A stretch of DNA of 64,000 nucleotides, taken from Nitrosopumilus sp. GTDB taxonomy: Archaea; Thermoproteota; Nitrososphaeria; Nitrososphaerales; Nitrosopumilaceae. Positions within the stretch are counted from its first letter, which is position 1. Every line of letters starts with the position of its first letter. The stretch is from positions 1,792,001-1,856,000 of the forward strand of contig OZ242041.1 in assembly GCA_965205215.1 (NCBI GenBank), read 5' to 3'. The position numbers were made by a program, and so were the translations under genes. Under the pieces are notes generated by a model that was given only the letters and a program-made list of their open reading frames with translations, did no database searches and was not told the origin of the DNA. Of this stretch, positions 48,987 to 58,429 are shown piece after piece.

Positions 48987-50708
48987 TCACCCAACGACCC
49001 GGACGTCCGGACGGAACGGTATTCCAAACGCGTCCTCCAGCTGGGAGCACGCTTCCTCGAACATGAGGTGCGGAAAGCGGCCTCCGGGCGGCGCGCGTAC
49101 GGCAAGCGTGACGGAGCCGCCTTTGCCAAACTCCGGGACCATGTCGGCCGAGGACTTCTCCAGTATCTGGTACGCAAGCACAATGGCCGACATCCGGCGT
49201 ATCCGTTTCTTGTCGTACGAGCGGGCTATGGACCCAAAGTTGAGCAGGTTCACGTCAGCCTTGCGGCGCTTTCTCAGGTGCATCAGGGCCAGGGCGGCGG
49301 CAAGCTGGTCGCCGTGGCTCAGGTGCGAGTCGTCGTCCATTATGGTATACAGTATGTTTGAGATGTCCCTAAACGACCTCAGGCGGTCCGTCTGCTCCAG
49401 CGCGTACCGGATTACGGGCCGGTCGACTGGGTGCAGGAGGTTTGCAGACAGGAGAAGCTCCACGAGCGCGTCGATTTTGGACGATACGAGGACCGAGGAC
49501 GGGGAGACCGCGCTGAGGACAGTCTCCCGGATGTGCTGCTCGTCTATGCGCTGCGACTTGAACGCGGCCGGGTGCTGTATCGACAGCGCAAGCGCGCCCT
49601 CCCGCAGTCCGTGCGCGCTGACAGTCAGCCTTTCGCATTTCACGCTTTTGAGAAACGACATTATTACGAGCACGGAGGCGCGCAGGGTGTCTGCCCGCGA
49701 GGAGTTTATTGTGGGAATCTTTGCAATCCTGTCAGGGGGCATGTCGCGTATCTTTTTCCATATGTCCTCAAGGTCGGTCACGGAGAGCTGGTAGTTGTGG
49801 GTCTTTGAGAGCGGGTAGCCTTTGGCGTCCTGCACGTATTTGGTAAGCGAGCGGAGCACCCCGCCGACCCCCACTATGGCGACTGCCGGAGGCCCGGTCC
49901 CGACGGCGCCGTCGCGGCCGTCTTTGTCGCCGCGAATATTGCCATCGTCGTCGCTGCCGGCGCCGTTGCCGGCGCCATTGTCACCGCCCGCACTGCCGCC
50001 GTCGCCCGCCGGGTATAGCTCGCCGTCCTTTATCTCCAAGTCCTTCAGGGACGGCAGCGCCTTACCGACGTACTTTTTCATGGCCTCAAAGTCCACATCC
50101 TCGTACTTGGAATCTTCGGCGAACTTTTGCGTCAGCCGCAGGGAGCCGAGCGGGAAAGAGTGCGCGCTCTTTACCTTGTAGTTCTTTGCAGTGACGACCT
50201 CCAGGCTCCCCCCGCCAATGTCAAAGAAGAGCACCGATGGGATGTGCAGCATGCGCACGGCCCCCGTGTACGAGTAGAGGGCCTCGTCCCTGTCTGACAG
50301 TATCTTAAAGTCGAGGCCGGTCTCTTGGCGGATGCGATCTGTTATGTCGCGGCGGTTCTTCGCGTCGCGTATTGCGCTGGTCGCCACCGCGACCACGTGC
50401 TGTATCCCCTCAAAGTCTATCGCCTCACGGAACAGCCTGAGTGTCTCGACCATGCGGTCCACGTACTCGGGCTGCATGACCCCGCCCTTGAGCCCCTCAA
50501 AGAGGCGCAGGCGCACGGATCTCTGGTAATAGAGCTTGAAGTCGTTGTGCGCGTCCATGGTATAGTGCGAGAGTTTCACAGAGTTTGATCCCAGATCAAG
50601 CACGGACGCCGCGGGCCTGCTTGATTCCCCCCGGGCCGCCTCCGCGGGGATCCGTGACGTCCCAATGCGCCGCGCGGAGGCGATTGCGGCGTGCAGCTCC
50701 GGCATCAT
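48987..50708 (-). CDS. ppx: Ppx/GppA family exopolyphosphatase
   Basis: LDLGSNS, ATSAIRDA, EALYSY, DIGGGSLE, LGSLRL, GLREG; start inferred from TATA at about 50728-50738. Confidence 0.92.
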   Translation of the reverse strand: MMPELHAAIASARRIGTSRIPAEAARGESSRPAASVLDLGSNSVKLSHYTMDAHNDFKLYYQRSVRLRLFEGLKGGVMQPEYVDRMVETLRLFREAIDFEGIQHVVAVATSAIRDAKNRRDITDRIRQETGLDFKILSDRDEALYSYTGAVRMLHIPSVLFFDIGGGSLEVVTAKNYKVKSAHSFPLGSLRLTQKFAEDSKYEDVDFEAMKKYVGKALPSLKDLEIKDGELYPAGDGGSAGGDNGAGNGAGSDDDGNIRGDKDGRDGAVGTGPPAVAIVGVGGVLRSLTKYVQDAKGYPLSKTHNYQLSVTDLEDIWKKIRDMPPDRIAKIPTINSSRADTLRASVLVIMSFLKSVKCERLTVSAHGLREGALALSIQHPAAFKSQRIDEQHIRETVLSAVSPSSVLVSSKIDALVELLLSANLLHPVDRPVIRYALEQTDRLRSFRDISNILYTIMDDDSHLSHGDQLAAALALMHLRKRRKADVNLLNFGSIARSYDKKRIRRMSAIVLAYQILEKSSADMVPEFGKGGSVTLAVRAPPGGRFPHLMFEEACSQLEDAFGIPFRPDVRVVG

Positions 50709-50910
50709 CACGCTAACGCCAAACCGCATTAATAATAACAATTGTGCCCAATCGTGACATGCCGGTGGCGGCCCGGTCACGGCGCCGCGCTTTGCGCATT
50801 TTTCGATCGCGGGTGCCACGATCGCGGCTCATTCCCGGTGCGCCAGCGCGTAATATACGAGCATAACGACCCGCGGCCGACAACTCGCGTTGCGCCGCAC
50901 GGGAAGGGCG

Positions 50911-51486
50911 TCAGCGAGCTGCGCGCCGGCACAGCCTCAGCTGCTTTGGAGTCATCAGGCTTCGCAGAAACCCCCTCATCACCCGCGCATCCGCGTTTGC
51001 CCGTATGACTGCAAGCCCGCCCTTTTTGAGATTTATGACCGCGTCGGGCGCGTACGCGTACGCGCGCCTATCGCGCGCCGTAGACCGCCCGGAGCGCCGG
51101 GCGATCATAGAGGATGCCAGCGACGACAGATGAGGCTCGTGCCCCACAAGCATCACGCCCAAATCCGGGGCCATTGCAGCCAGCCGCCCGTGCGCACCCA
51201 GCACGTCCGACTCAGGCTTTAGTTCCTGCCATATGCCGACCCGGGCGGAGCCCCGGCCCGAATCTTGCTCAAGCCGCAGACGCTCGCGTATGATCTCGGC
51301 AGTCTCGCGGGCCCTGACAAGCGGGCTTGATATTATACGATCGGGACGTATCCCAAGCGCCGTAATCCCAGATGCAACCTGCTCCATCTCGTTCCTGCCG
51401 GACTCTGTCAGCCTACGCTTTGCATCGCTTGAGATGCCGGACGAGCGCTCCTCTGCCTTGCCATGCCTGAGAATGTAGATCTCCAC
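50911..51486 (-). CDS. sixA: Phosphohistidine phosphatase SixA
   Basis: ILRHGKAE, D..RRLT..G, SSPLVRARETA, LVGHEP. Confidence 0.9.
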   Translation of the reverse strand: MEIYILRHGKAEERSSGISSDAKRRLTESGRNEMEQVASGITALGIRPDRIISSPLVRARETAEIIRERLRLEQDSGRGSARVGIWQELKPESDVLGAHGRLAAMAPDLGVMLVGHEPHLSSLASSMIARRSGRSTARDRRAYAYAPDAVINLKKGGLAVIRANADARVMRGFLRSLMTPKQLRLCRRAAR

Positions 51487-51642
51487 GTGTACAATATCCC
51501 GGCACGTGTTTAAAAGAGCCGCAGACGATGTCTGGGTATACGATCTGTGCAGTCGTCAGGTACAGCGTACGGCATCCGACACGAAGGGTGGTGGTGGCGG
51601 GCGGTAACAACTGTTATTTGTGCATGGAAGGTCAGCCGTAGC

Positions 51643-52713
51643 ATGAGTTCCGACGCACCGTCAGATGACGCGGCCACAAAGGTGGATGCCGCACAAAACG
51701 ACGCAGGTGACGCCAACGTCAGTGACAAGACGGGCGACGGGGACGTCGGCGGCGCGGAAGAGATGAAAGAAGACACCGCAGCGCGTGACAATGATCCCGA
51801 AGGCGAGGAAGAAACAAGCGGAGACCAGCAACCAGAAGAAGAAGAAGAAGAAGAAGAGGCAGTGCACGACCAGGACGATACAGAAAACGGCGGCGAGGAC
51901 GACAATGTTGGCGACGGCGACGGCACGCCACCTGCAAAAAAATCAAGCAACGGACTTGTCATCGGGCTGATCATAGCAGTCGGCGTGGCCGCATTTTTTG
52001 CAGGCGCGTATTCAATTAGCATGTACCAAGAGCAGCCGGATCAGCTGACGCAAGAGGATCTTGATGACGCGCTTGCCAAGCTGGAGCTAAAGATGATGCA
52101 ACAGCAGATGGCCGCACTGCAGGAGCAGCAGCAGCAGCAGCAACCGCCACCCATACGAATATCGGCCGACGACGATCCCACAATAGGTGACGCGGACGCC
52201 CCCATTACAATCATAGAATTTTCGGACTTCCAGTGTCCGTTCTGCGCCAGATTCAGCTCCCAGACCCTGCCCTCCATACAAGAGGAGTACATAGACAAGG
52301 GGCTCGTAAAGCTGGTCTACAGGGACTTTCCGCTCCAGCACATACACCCCAACGCTGCCGTCACGGCACTTGCGGCCGAGTGCGCAGACGACCAGGGCGG
52401 CTTCAAGGGCATGCACGACATCCTGTTTGAAAAGCAGGGTGAATGGAGCAGGGCAGGCCCCCAGGAAGTCATAGAACTGCTCAGCGGGTACGCGTCCGAC
52501 ACGGGAATCGACGCGGCCGAGTTTGAGGAGTGCGTAGTCATGGGCACGCACGTCGAGGACATCAGGGGCGACTTGGAGGACGGAAGGGCGTACGGCATAA
52601 CAGGCACGCCGGGATTCTTCATCGGAAACGACGACGTGGGGTACGTATCAGTCGAAGGGGCCCAGCCGTACGACGTCTTCAAGAGGGTCATAGACTCCCA
52701 GCTCGAGCGCTGA
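51643..52713 (+). CDS. Membrane-anchored DsbA-family oxidoreductase
   Basis: G..DAPITIIEFSDFQCPFC, YRDFPL, GITGTPGF, GAQPY; acidic N-terminus plus TM helix. Confidence 0.9.
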   Translation: MSSDAPSDDAATKVDAAQNDAGDANVSDKTGDGDVGGAEEMKEDTAARDNDPEGEEETSGDQQPEEEEEEEEAVHDQDDTENGGEDDNVGDGDGTPPAKKSSNGLVIGLIIAVGVAAFFAGAYSISMYQEQPDQLTQEDLDDALAKLELKMMQQQMAALQEQQQQQQPPPIRISADDDPTIGDADAPITIIEFSDFQCPFCARFSSQTLPSIQEEYIDKGLVKLVYRDFPLQHIHPNAAVTALAAECADDQGGFKGMHDILFEKQGEWSRAGPQEVIELLSGYASDTGIDAAEFEECVVMGTHVEDIRGDLEDGRAYGITGTPGFFIGNDDVGYVSVEGAQPYDVFKRVIDSQLER

Positions 52714-52852
52714 GACGGGGAAAGGCGGAAGGAGAGAAAGCGGCAAGCGTTTATTAGACGTTCCACGCGTCCGCGAATCGGAATAATGACGGTGGGCGGT
52801 GAGCTTTCTCGTCATTGCCTGTGAGAAAAAAGAAAAGAGAAGAAAAGAAAAA

Positions 52853-54262
52853 ATGACAAAATTTAGCGAACTAGGCCTCAGCGACGACATAATCAAGGCA
52901 ATATCCGAGATGGGATTCGAGGATGCGTTTCCGATACAAGAGGCCGCCATACCCGTGCTGCTGACTGGAAGGGACGTGGTGGGCCAGGCCCACACGGGCT
53001 CCGGCAAGACGGCCGCCTTTGCGCTCTCGATGCTGCAGGAGATACGCCCCAACCGCACCATCCAGGGGCTGATCATGGCGCCCACGAGGGAGCTTGCCAT
53101 GCAGATCACCGACGAGATCAAAAAGTTTTCAAAGTATCTGGATACCCGGGTTGCCACAATATACGGCGGCCAGGGGATCGGGGTGCAGATAGACGCGCTT
53201 GAGCGCGGGGTGGAGATACTGGTCGCCACGCCGGGAAGGCTGATAGACCACCTAAAGCGCGGCACAGTCGACCTCAAGGACGTGACGCACATAGTTCTGG
53301 ACGAGGCCGACACCATGCTCGACATGGGATTCATAGACGACATACAGTTCATACTGGACTTGGCGCCGGAGGAGAGGGTCATGTCGCTGTACTCGGCCAC
53401 CATGCCGACGGAGATACTGAGGCTGTCTGAGGATTACCTGAACAACCCAAAGCAGTTCCTGCTTGACGCCGACGACTTGAGCGGCGAGGGCATAGACCAG
53501 TCGTTTCTGGTAATCAGGGACAAGGAAAAGTTCAAGCACATCATGCAGTTCATCGGGGAGACGCGCGGGCAGTGCATCATATTCTGCTCCACCAAATACA
53601 GGACGAGGGACGTGGGAAGGTACCTGCACAGGGAGAGGCTGGACGCAGTGGTGATAGAGGGCGACATGTCACAGGTAAGAAGGGAGCAGTCGATGGCAAA
53701 GTTCCGCAGCAACAAGGCAAAGATACTGGTGGCAACAGATGTGGCCTCAAGGGGCATAGACGTGCCCATGGTGGAGCTTGTGATCAACTATGACGTCCCA
53801 AACCAGGACATGACGTACTTTCACAGGATTGGCAGGACTGCGAGGGCGGGCGCGCACGGAAGGGCGATCACGCTTGTCTCGTATTCGTCATTTGACGAAT
53901 GGAATCTGATAAAGCGCCAGATCAAGGTGCCGTTAAAGGACCTCAACGAGTCGATGGGTATCAAGATCTCGATACCGGATCCGCTCAAAAGGGAGATACC
54001 CGTAAGAAGGTACGGGGGCGGCGGCGGCGGCGGCGGCAATAGAGGAGGCGGCGGCTACCGCGGAGGCCACCGCCGAGAGAGAAGGGACACGTATGATCCC
54101 AGGGACGGCGGTCGGAGAGGCGGCCGAGGCGGCGGAGGCGGCGGCGGCTATGGCGGCCGAGGCGGCGGCTATGGCGGCCGAGGCGGCGGCGGCCAGAGAA
54201 GGGATGGCGGATACCGCAAGGGAGGCGGCGGCGGCCGAAACCGGCGCGACGACAGACGCTAG
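52853..54262 (+). CDS. DEAD-box RNA helicase with RGG tail
   Basis: Q motif, TGSGKT, PTRELA, TPGR, DEAD, SAT, SRGID, HRIGRTAR. Confidence 0.95.
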   Translation: MTKFSELGLSDDIIKAISEMGFEDAFPIQEAAIPVLLTGRDVVGQAHTGSGKTAAFALSMLQEIRPNRTIQGLIMAPTRELAMQITDEIKKFSKYLDTRVATIYGGQGIGVQIDALERGVEILVATPGRLIDHLKRGTVDLKDVTHIVLDEADTMLDMGFIDDIQFILDLAPEERVMSLYSATMPTEILRLSEDYLNNPKQFLLDADDLSGEGIDQSFLVIRDKEKFKHIMQFIGETRGQCIIFCSTKYRTRDVGRYLHRERLDAVVIEGDMSQVRREQSMAKFRSNKAKILVATDVASRGIDVPMVELVINYDVPNQDMTYFHRIGRTARAGAHGRAITLVSYSSFDEWNLIKRQIKVPLKDLNESMGIKISIPDPLKREIPVRRYGGGGGGGGNRGGGGYRGGHRRERRDTYDPRDGGRRGGRGGGGGGGYGGRGGGYGGRGGGGQRRDGGYRKGGGGGRNRRDDRR

Positions 54263-54351
54263 ACGCTGCAAGATATCCACAACCGGCCGTCGGCGAAAAC
54301 TGCGATAACACCGAAGATTTAAAGACTTTGCAGTGCAATGCATGTCACATT

Positions 54352-54579
54352 ATGCACAAGGGGTTTGTCTTGTTAAACTGCGATCTGGGTGCAGAAGAAC
54401 ACGTGCTAAAAGAGCTGCAGCAGATGGACGACATTACGAGCGCCCATCTTACGTTCGGGGCGTACGACCTGATAGTAGAGGTCCGCGCCCCCGAACGGGA
54501 GTCATTTGAGTCCGTTGTGGCAAAAATCAGGTCGCTCTCAAATGTGGTCAGTACGATGACGCTCAACGTCATGAGTTGA
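54352..54579 (+). CDS. Stand-alone Lrp/AsnC ligand-binding domain protein
   Basis: GFVLLNC..G.E..V, TFGAYDLIVEV, IRSL.NV.ST.TL. Confidence 0.85.
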   Translation: MHKGFVLLNCDLGAEEHVLKELQQMDDITSAHLTFGAYDLIVEVRAPERESFESVVAKIRSLSNVVSTMTLNVMS

Positions 54580-54667
54580 CGAGAGGCGCCAGGCTACAAA
54601 GCGCGGCGCCATTGCAGGCCATACGTACGTATCAAATATAGCATGGCAGGCAGGCAGTAGACGTCAG

Positions 54668-54958
54668 TTGGATGCCATAAAGTACGAGCCTCCCGTCTGG
54701 ATACTCGACTACAACAACCCAAAACCCTTGCTTGACCATGCCGTGCACATGCTCGAGAGGCACGGTGTCAGAAGGGAGGACATGGAGATTACAGAGAACC
54801 CGACCGCGAAGATCGGCTCGATTGTGGTGGACATCTGGCCCTACGAGCTCGTGGTAAGCAGGGTGAGGAGCACCCGCAACGAGTCTTTTATCAGCGGTGC
54901 CGAGCGCACGATCGAGCTCAAGCTGGACGAGAATGGAAACTATGTTGATTACCTATGA
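54668..54958 (+). CDS. Hypothetical protein
   Basis: Globular-looking 96-aa ORF; ATGA overlap with the next gene. Confidence 0.7.
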   Translation: MDAIKYEPPVWILDYNNPKPLLDHAVHMLERHGVRREDMEITENPTAKIGSIVVDIWPYELVVSRVRSTRNESFISGAERTIELKLDENGNYVDYL

Positions 54959-55719
54959 GATCCAAGGCAGACAAGAAGAGGGAGAGGAGGGAGAGGAGGG
55001 AGAAGAGAGGCAGGACCATACGCAACATAGCCATCGCGCTGGTCGCGGCCGCCGTGGTGGGGGCCGTCATATCATACAACTATTCAGCAGAGCAGACCAA
55101 GCAGAGGGGCCTCGAGTTCGGCATAAAACTACAGGGCATACAGGATGACGTAAGGGAGATACAGACAGAGTTCTACTCGGAGAAGACAAAGTGGGAGGAG
55201 GGCGACTTGGACCGCGAGGGACTGCTAGAGTTTTACGACGGCCACATAGAGAGGTTCGAGGATACCATACTCAGGTACGACGAGCTGGAACCACCTGAGA
55301 TCTTTGAGGGATCGGTAAGGCTGCTAAAGCTTTCGTCGCAGTCCCAGCTTGAGAGCGACTCGGAGTACGTCCGGTGGATAAGTGACGGGGACGATTCTGC
55401 AAGGGCCAGGTCCGACGCGCTCTTGCAGGACGCGCTAGAGTACGAGCTGCTGGGATTGGTAGAGTTTTACTCGGCAAAGACGGGCACCATAACCCGCGAC
55501 GATACGGGGGAAAAGTTTCAGGAGCCCCGCCGCGACGTGATCCAAAAGGTGGACAGCGTTGCAGAGCACATGATAGCCGAGTGCGATGAAAAGTTCGGCG
55601 GCGCTGCCACTGCGCAGGACGGGGACACGAACGTCACTACCGCATCCAAGGCGGCCGGCCCCGAGTGGATCGCCTGCGTGTCAGAGGCAGAAGAGTGGCG
55701 CCAGTCGCACATGCCGTAA
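54955..55719 (+). CDS. Membrane-anchored helical hypothetical protein
   Basis: Basic N-terminus, single TM helix, acidic helical domain. Confidence 0.78.
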   Translation: MRSKADKKRERRERREKRGRTIRNIAIALVAAAVVGAVISYNYSAEQTKQRGLEFGIKLQGIQDDVREIQTEFYSEKTKWEEGDLDREGLLEFYDGHIERFEDTILRYDELEPPEIFEGSVRLLKLSSQSQLESDSEYVRWISDGDDSARARSDALLQDALEYELLGLVEFYSAKTGTITRDDTGEKFQEPRRDVIQKVDSVAEHMIAECDEKFGGAATAQDGDTNVTTASKAAGPEWIACVSEAEEWRQSHMP

Positions 55720-55884
55720 TCCGAGCCCTCTGCGGGGCGCGGCATCCCGAATACGAGCAGTAGACCAGTGACTTAATGTACAAGCCGGGCGGATCAGAAA
55801 TGAGAGAGGAGGAGGGTCGCAACGGACAGCAGCAACATCATCCAGGCAGGTGCCACAAACGTCAGGGCCGCGGCAGCCGTCTCC

Positions 55885-56724
55885 ATGGCCGTCATTACAA
55901 TAGCGCTCGCAGGCGGCGTGGGGGACGTAACCATGGCCGCCTCCGACGATCCGCAGCCAAATCTTTTGCAGTACGCCGCGTTTGCCCAGACCATCGAGAA
56001 CGACCGCCACTACACGGGGGATGACGGCTCGCTGCACATAGTGGGCGAGATTGTAAACGACTTGGAGGTGCCCCTGCGCGGCGCAAGCGTGCAGGCCACC
56101 ATATACGACGGGGACGGCAACGTCGTGCTGACAAGCGACGCGGACTCGCTTGTAAATATCATAATGCCCGGCATGAGGGGTCCGTTTGACATAATGCTGA
56201 AAAACGGCGGCCAGATTCCAAGGGAGATGGCGGCCGGACGGGGCGACGGCGCATCCCACCTCCCGTATACGCTCAAGCTCGACTATGACTTTGCAGACCC
56301 AAAGAGGCAGGTCATAGACGTGACAGGATCCGAGATTACAAGAGACAGGCATAAAAATTTGATCATAACGGGAACCGTTGCAAACGGGGGGGAGATCACT
56401 GCAAACATGATATCCATCGTGGCCACCATATACGACGACGCCGGCAGCGTCGCGGCCGTCACAAGGGTGCACACGGAGCCGGACTATCTGAGGGCCGGCG
56501 AGAGCGCGTTCTTTGTGGTGTCGGTGCCGGACAAGGAGCACACGGCGGATGCGGCGAGGTACCACCTGGTAGCAGAGTCCGAGGAGTATGCGGCGGTGCC
56601 AGAGTTTCCGATAGGGACTGTCTTGCTGCTGGCAGGCACGTTCTCGGCGTATGTGGCCGCCACGAGGCTTGCATCGTCGCGCCTTCCTATGACAGGCCTG
56701 ATTGCATCAGCAAATCCAAGGTAG
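55885..56724 (+). CDS. PEF-CTERM surface protein with two FxLYD-like domains
   Basis: Two repeats (IVGEIVN..ATIYDGDG / ITGTVAN..ATIYDDAG); AVPEFP followed by a TM helix. Confidence 0.8.
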   Translation: MAVITIALAGGVGDVTMAASDDPQPNLLQYAAFAQTIENDRHYTGDDGSLHIVGEIVNDLEVPLRGASVQATIYDGDGNVVLTSDADSLVNIIMPGMRGPFDIMLKNGGQIPREMAAGRGDGASHLPYTLKLDYDFADPKRQVIDVTGSEITRDRHKNLIITGTVANGGEITANMISIVATIYDDAGSVAAVTRVHTEPDYLRAGESAFFVVSVPDKEHTADAARYHLVAESEEYAAVPEFPIGTVLLLAGTFSAYVAATRLASSRLPMTGLIASANPR

Positions 56725-57214
56725 GCCTGATTCCCTCGGCCAGCGAGTCCGCCCCAAGCGGCAGCGGCTTGTGGAACTTTATCGGAAAAGTGACGGTGAG
56801 CATGTCCTGGTCGGTGTGCGATATCCGGATCGCGTGCCTATCAAGGCAGTCCACCTTTGCAAGAAAGTCGCGCCACTTGCCAATATGCTCGTTGACGCGC
56901 AGCACGTTCTGCTGCACCACGTCTATGTGGGCCTCAAGGTCCGTGTCAAAGAGTCCGAACTTTACCATGGGCACCATGACGATGCCGCCTGTAACCACGT
57001 CATGATTCTTGAGCATCGACTCGATTATCTCGTCACGTCTTTCGGGAGGGTACGGCTCCCCGTAGTCGGGGTCAAAGTATCCCATGACCATCTTTTTAGA
57101 GTCATATATGCGAAAAAAGTCCTCGTCAAGCTCAAGCCTCCATTTGACAGAAGGGGGCGGCGGCGGAGACCCGGACAGGGAGAGGGGCACATGCCGCGTC
57201 TTGCAGCTGCGCAA
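56687..57214 (-). CDS. Hypothetical protein
   Basis: Globular core from KWRLELDEDFFRIYD; start uncertain. Confidence 0.7.
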   Translation of the reverse strand: MRSCKTRHVPLSLSGSPPPPPSVKWRLELDEDFFRIYDSKKMVMGYFDPDYGEPYPPERRDEIIESMLKNHDVVTGGIVMVPMVKFGLFDTDLEAHIDVVQQNVLRVNEHIGKWRDFLAKVDCLDRHAIRISHTDQDMLTVTFPIKFHKPLPLGADSLAEGIRPTLDLLMQSGLS

Positions 57215-57333
57215 AATAAATCATGACGCCCAGCTCATGCCATGCGCGGGCCGCATGCGGAACCGGCGGCGGAAAGCCACTGCTGCAGCGCCCCATGCAA
57301 ACAGCTAAATATCAATCTCAAAGGCCGTACTGC

Positions 57334-57780
57334 GTGGCGATATCAAGCGAGAACATAAAGTTCATCGAGAGCCTGATGGATTATTACACCAACGAGGCCG
57401 GTTCTTACAGGCAGATTGCAGAGCAGTTCAAGCCAGAGATAGAATCGGTTCCGGATGCCGCGTTCGGGATCATAGCAGGCTGCATATACACAAGCTTTCT
57501 GGAGGCGTGCAGAAACCAGCAGGTGCAGCCGGGGCTCGAGGACATGACTGAGTTTAACCAGATTCTAAAGAGGAGGGCGGCCACAATCAAAAAGGCAATC
57601 GTGGACCCGGCGTCAGCTGAGGAGGCGACGGCGGCCACAGCGGAGGCGGCAGGCAGTCCTGCAGACGCAGGCGGCAAAGATGGCGGTACCGCGCAGAGGC
57701 AGGCAGGCAGGACGGAGCCAGGCGGCGGCAAATCCCCTCCCGCTGCAGGCGGCTCCGCCACCAGGCCGCCCACGCCGTAA
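57334..57780 (+). CDS. Hypothetical protein
   Basis: Helical core (SLMDYY..DAAFGIIAGCIYTSF); GTG start after CTAAATAT. Confidence 0.7.
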   Translation: MAISSENIKFIESLMDYYTNEAGSYRQIAEQFKPEIESVPDAAFGIIAGCIYTSFLEACRNQQVQPGLEDMTEFNQILKRRAATIKKAIVDPASAEEATAATAEAAGSPADAGGKDGGTAQRQAGRTEPGGGKSPPAAGGSATRPPTP

Positions 57781-58108
57781 CGCCCGTATCGAAACCCGCG
57801 TGACTGTATCCCAAGGCGCATGACGGAGGGGGGGGGGTGACTCCAGCCAAGCACCGCAGGACGCCAGACTGAATCCAGCAGCTTGCCAGCGCGGACACGA
57901 GCAGCATCACGAAAGACGCGCGCGCCACCGATGCCGCCACCCTCAGGCAACAGTTTAATTCCAAACCTCCCCGAGCCTGCACATGAAACTGGAGGGCGGC
58001 CGAATAATATTCGTCATGGGGGTGGCAGGGGCGGTCGCCACGGCCGCCATCGCGCTCTACTTTTCGCTGATGCGTTAGAGATAAATCACAACGCCCCGGC
58101 CGCTGCAC

Positions 58109-58429
58109 ATGACAGCAGAGAATGCGTTCAGGATAACCCAGATCGTGGACAACGGCAAGATAATCCAACTGACGCTGGTCGAGAACGTCTCGACGGAGCC
58201 CATAACCCAAAAACAGATGATAATGGAGAACGTCTCAAAGACCCTGGATGACGACACCAAGGAGCACGTGATGCCGCTGTTGACTGCGATACTGCAGGCC
58301 CAGCCGACCGTAAAGATAAAGTCGTATCAGCAGACCCAGATCACCATTGCCATGCCCACATCCAGATACGACTCGATGGGCCGTCCCAGGGTCGGCGACA
58401 TAATGGAGCTAGACCTCAGAAGGGTCTAG
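58109..58429 (+). CDS. Hypothetical protein
   Basis: ATAAAT box upstream; C-terminal [11 protein letters not shown]. Confidence 0.72.
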   Translation: MTAENAFRITQIVDNGKIIQLTLVENVSTEPITQKQMIMENVSKTLDDDTKEHVMPLLTAILQAQPTVKIKSYQQTQITIAMPTSRYDSMGRPRVGDIMELDLRRV

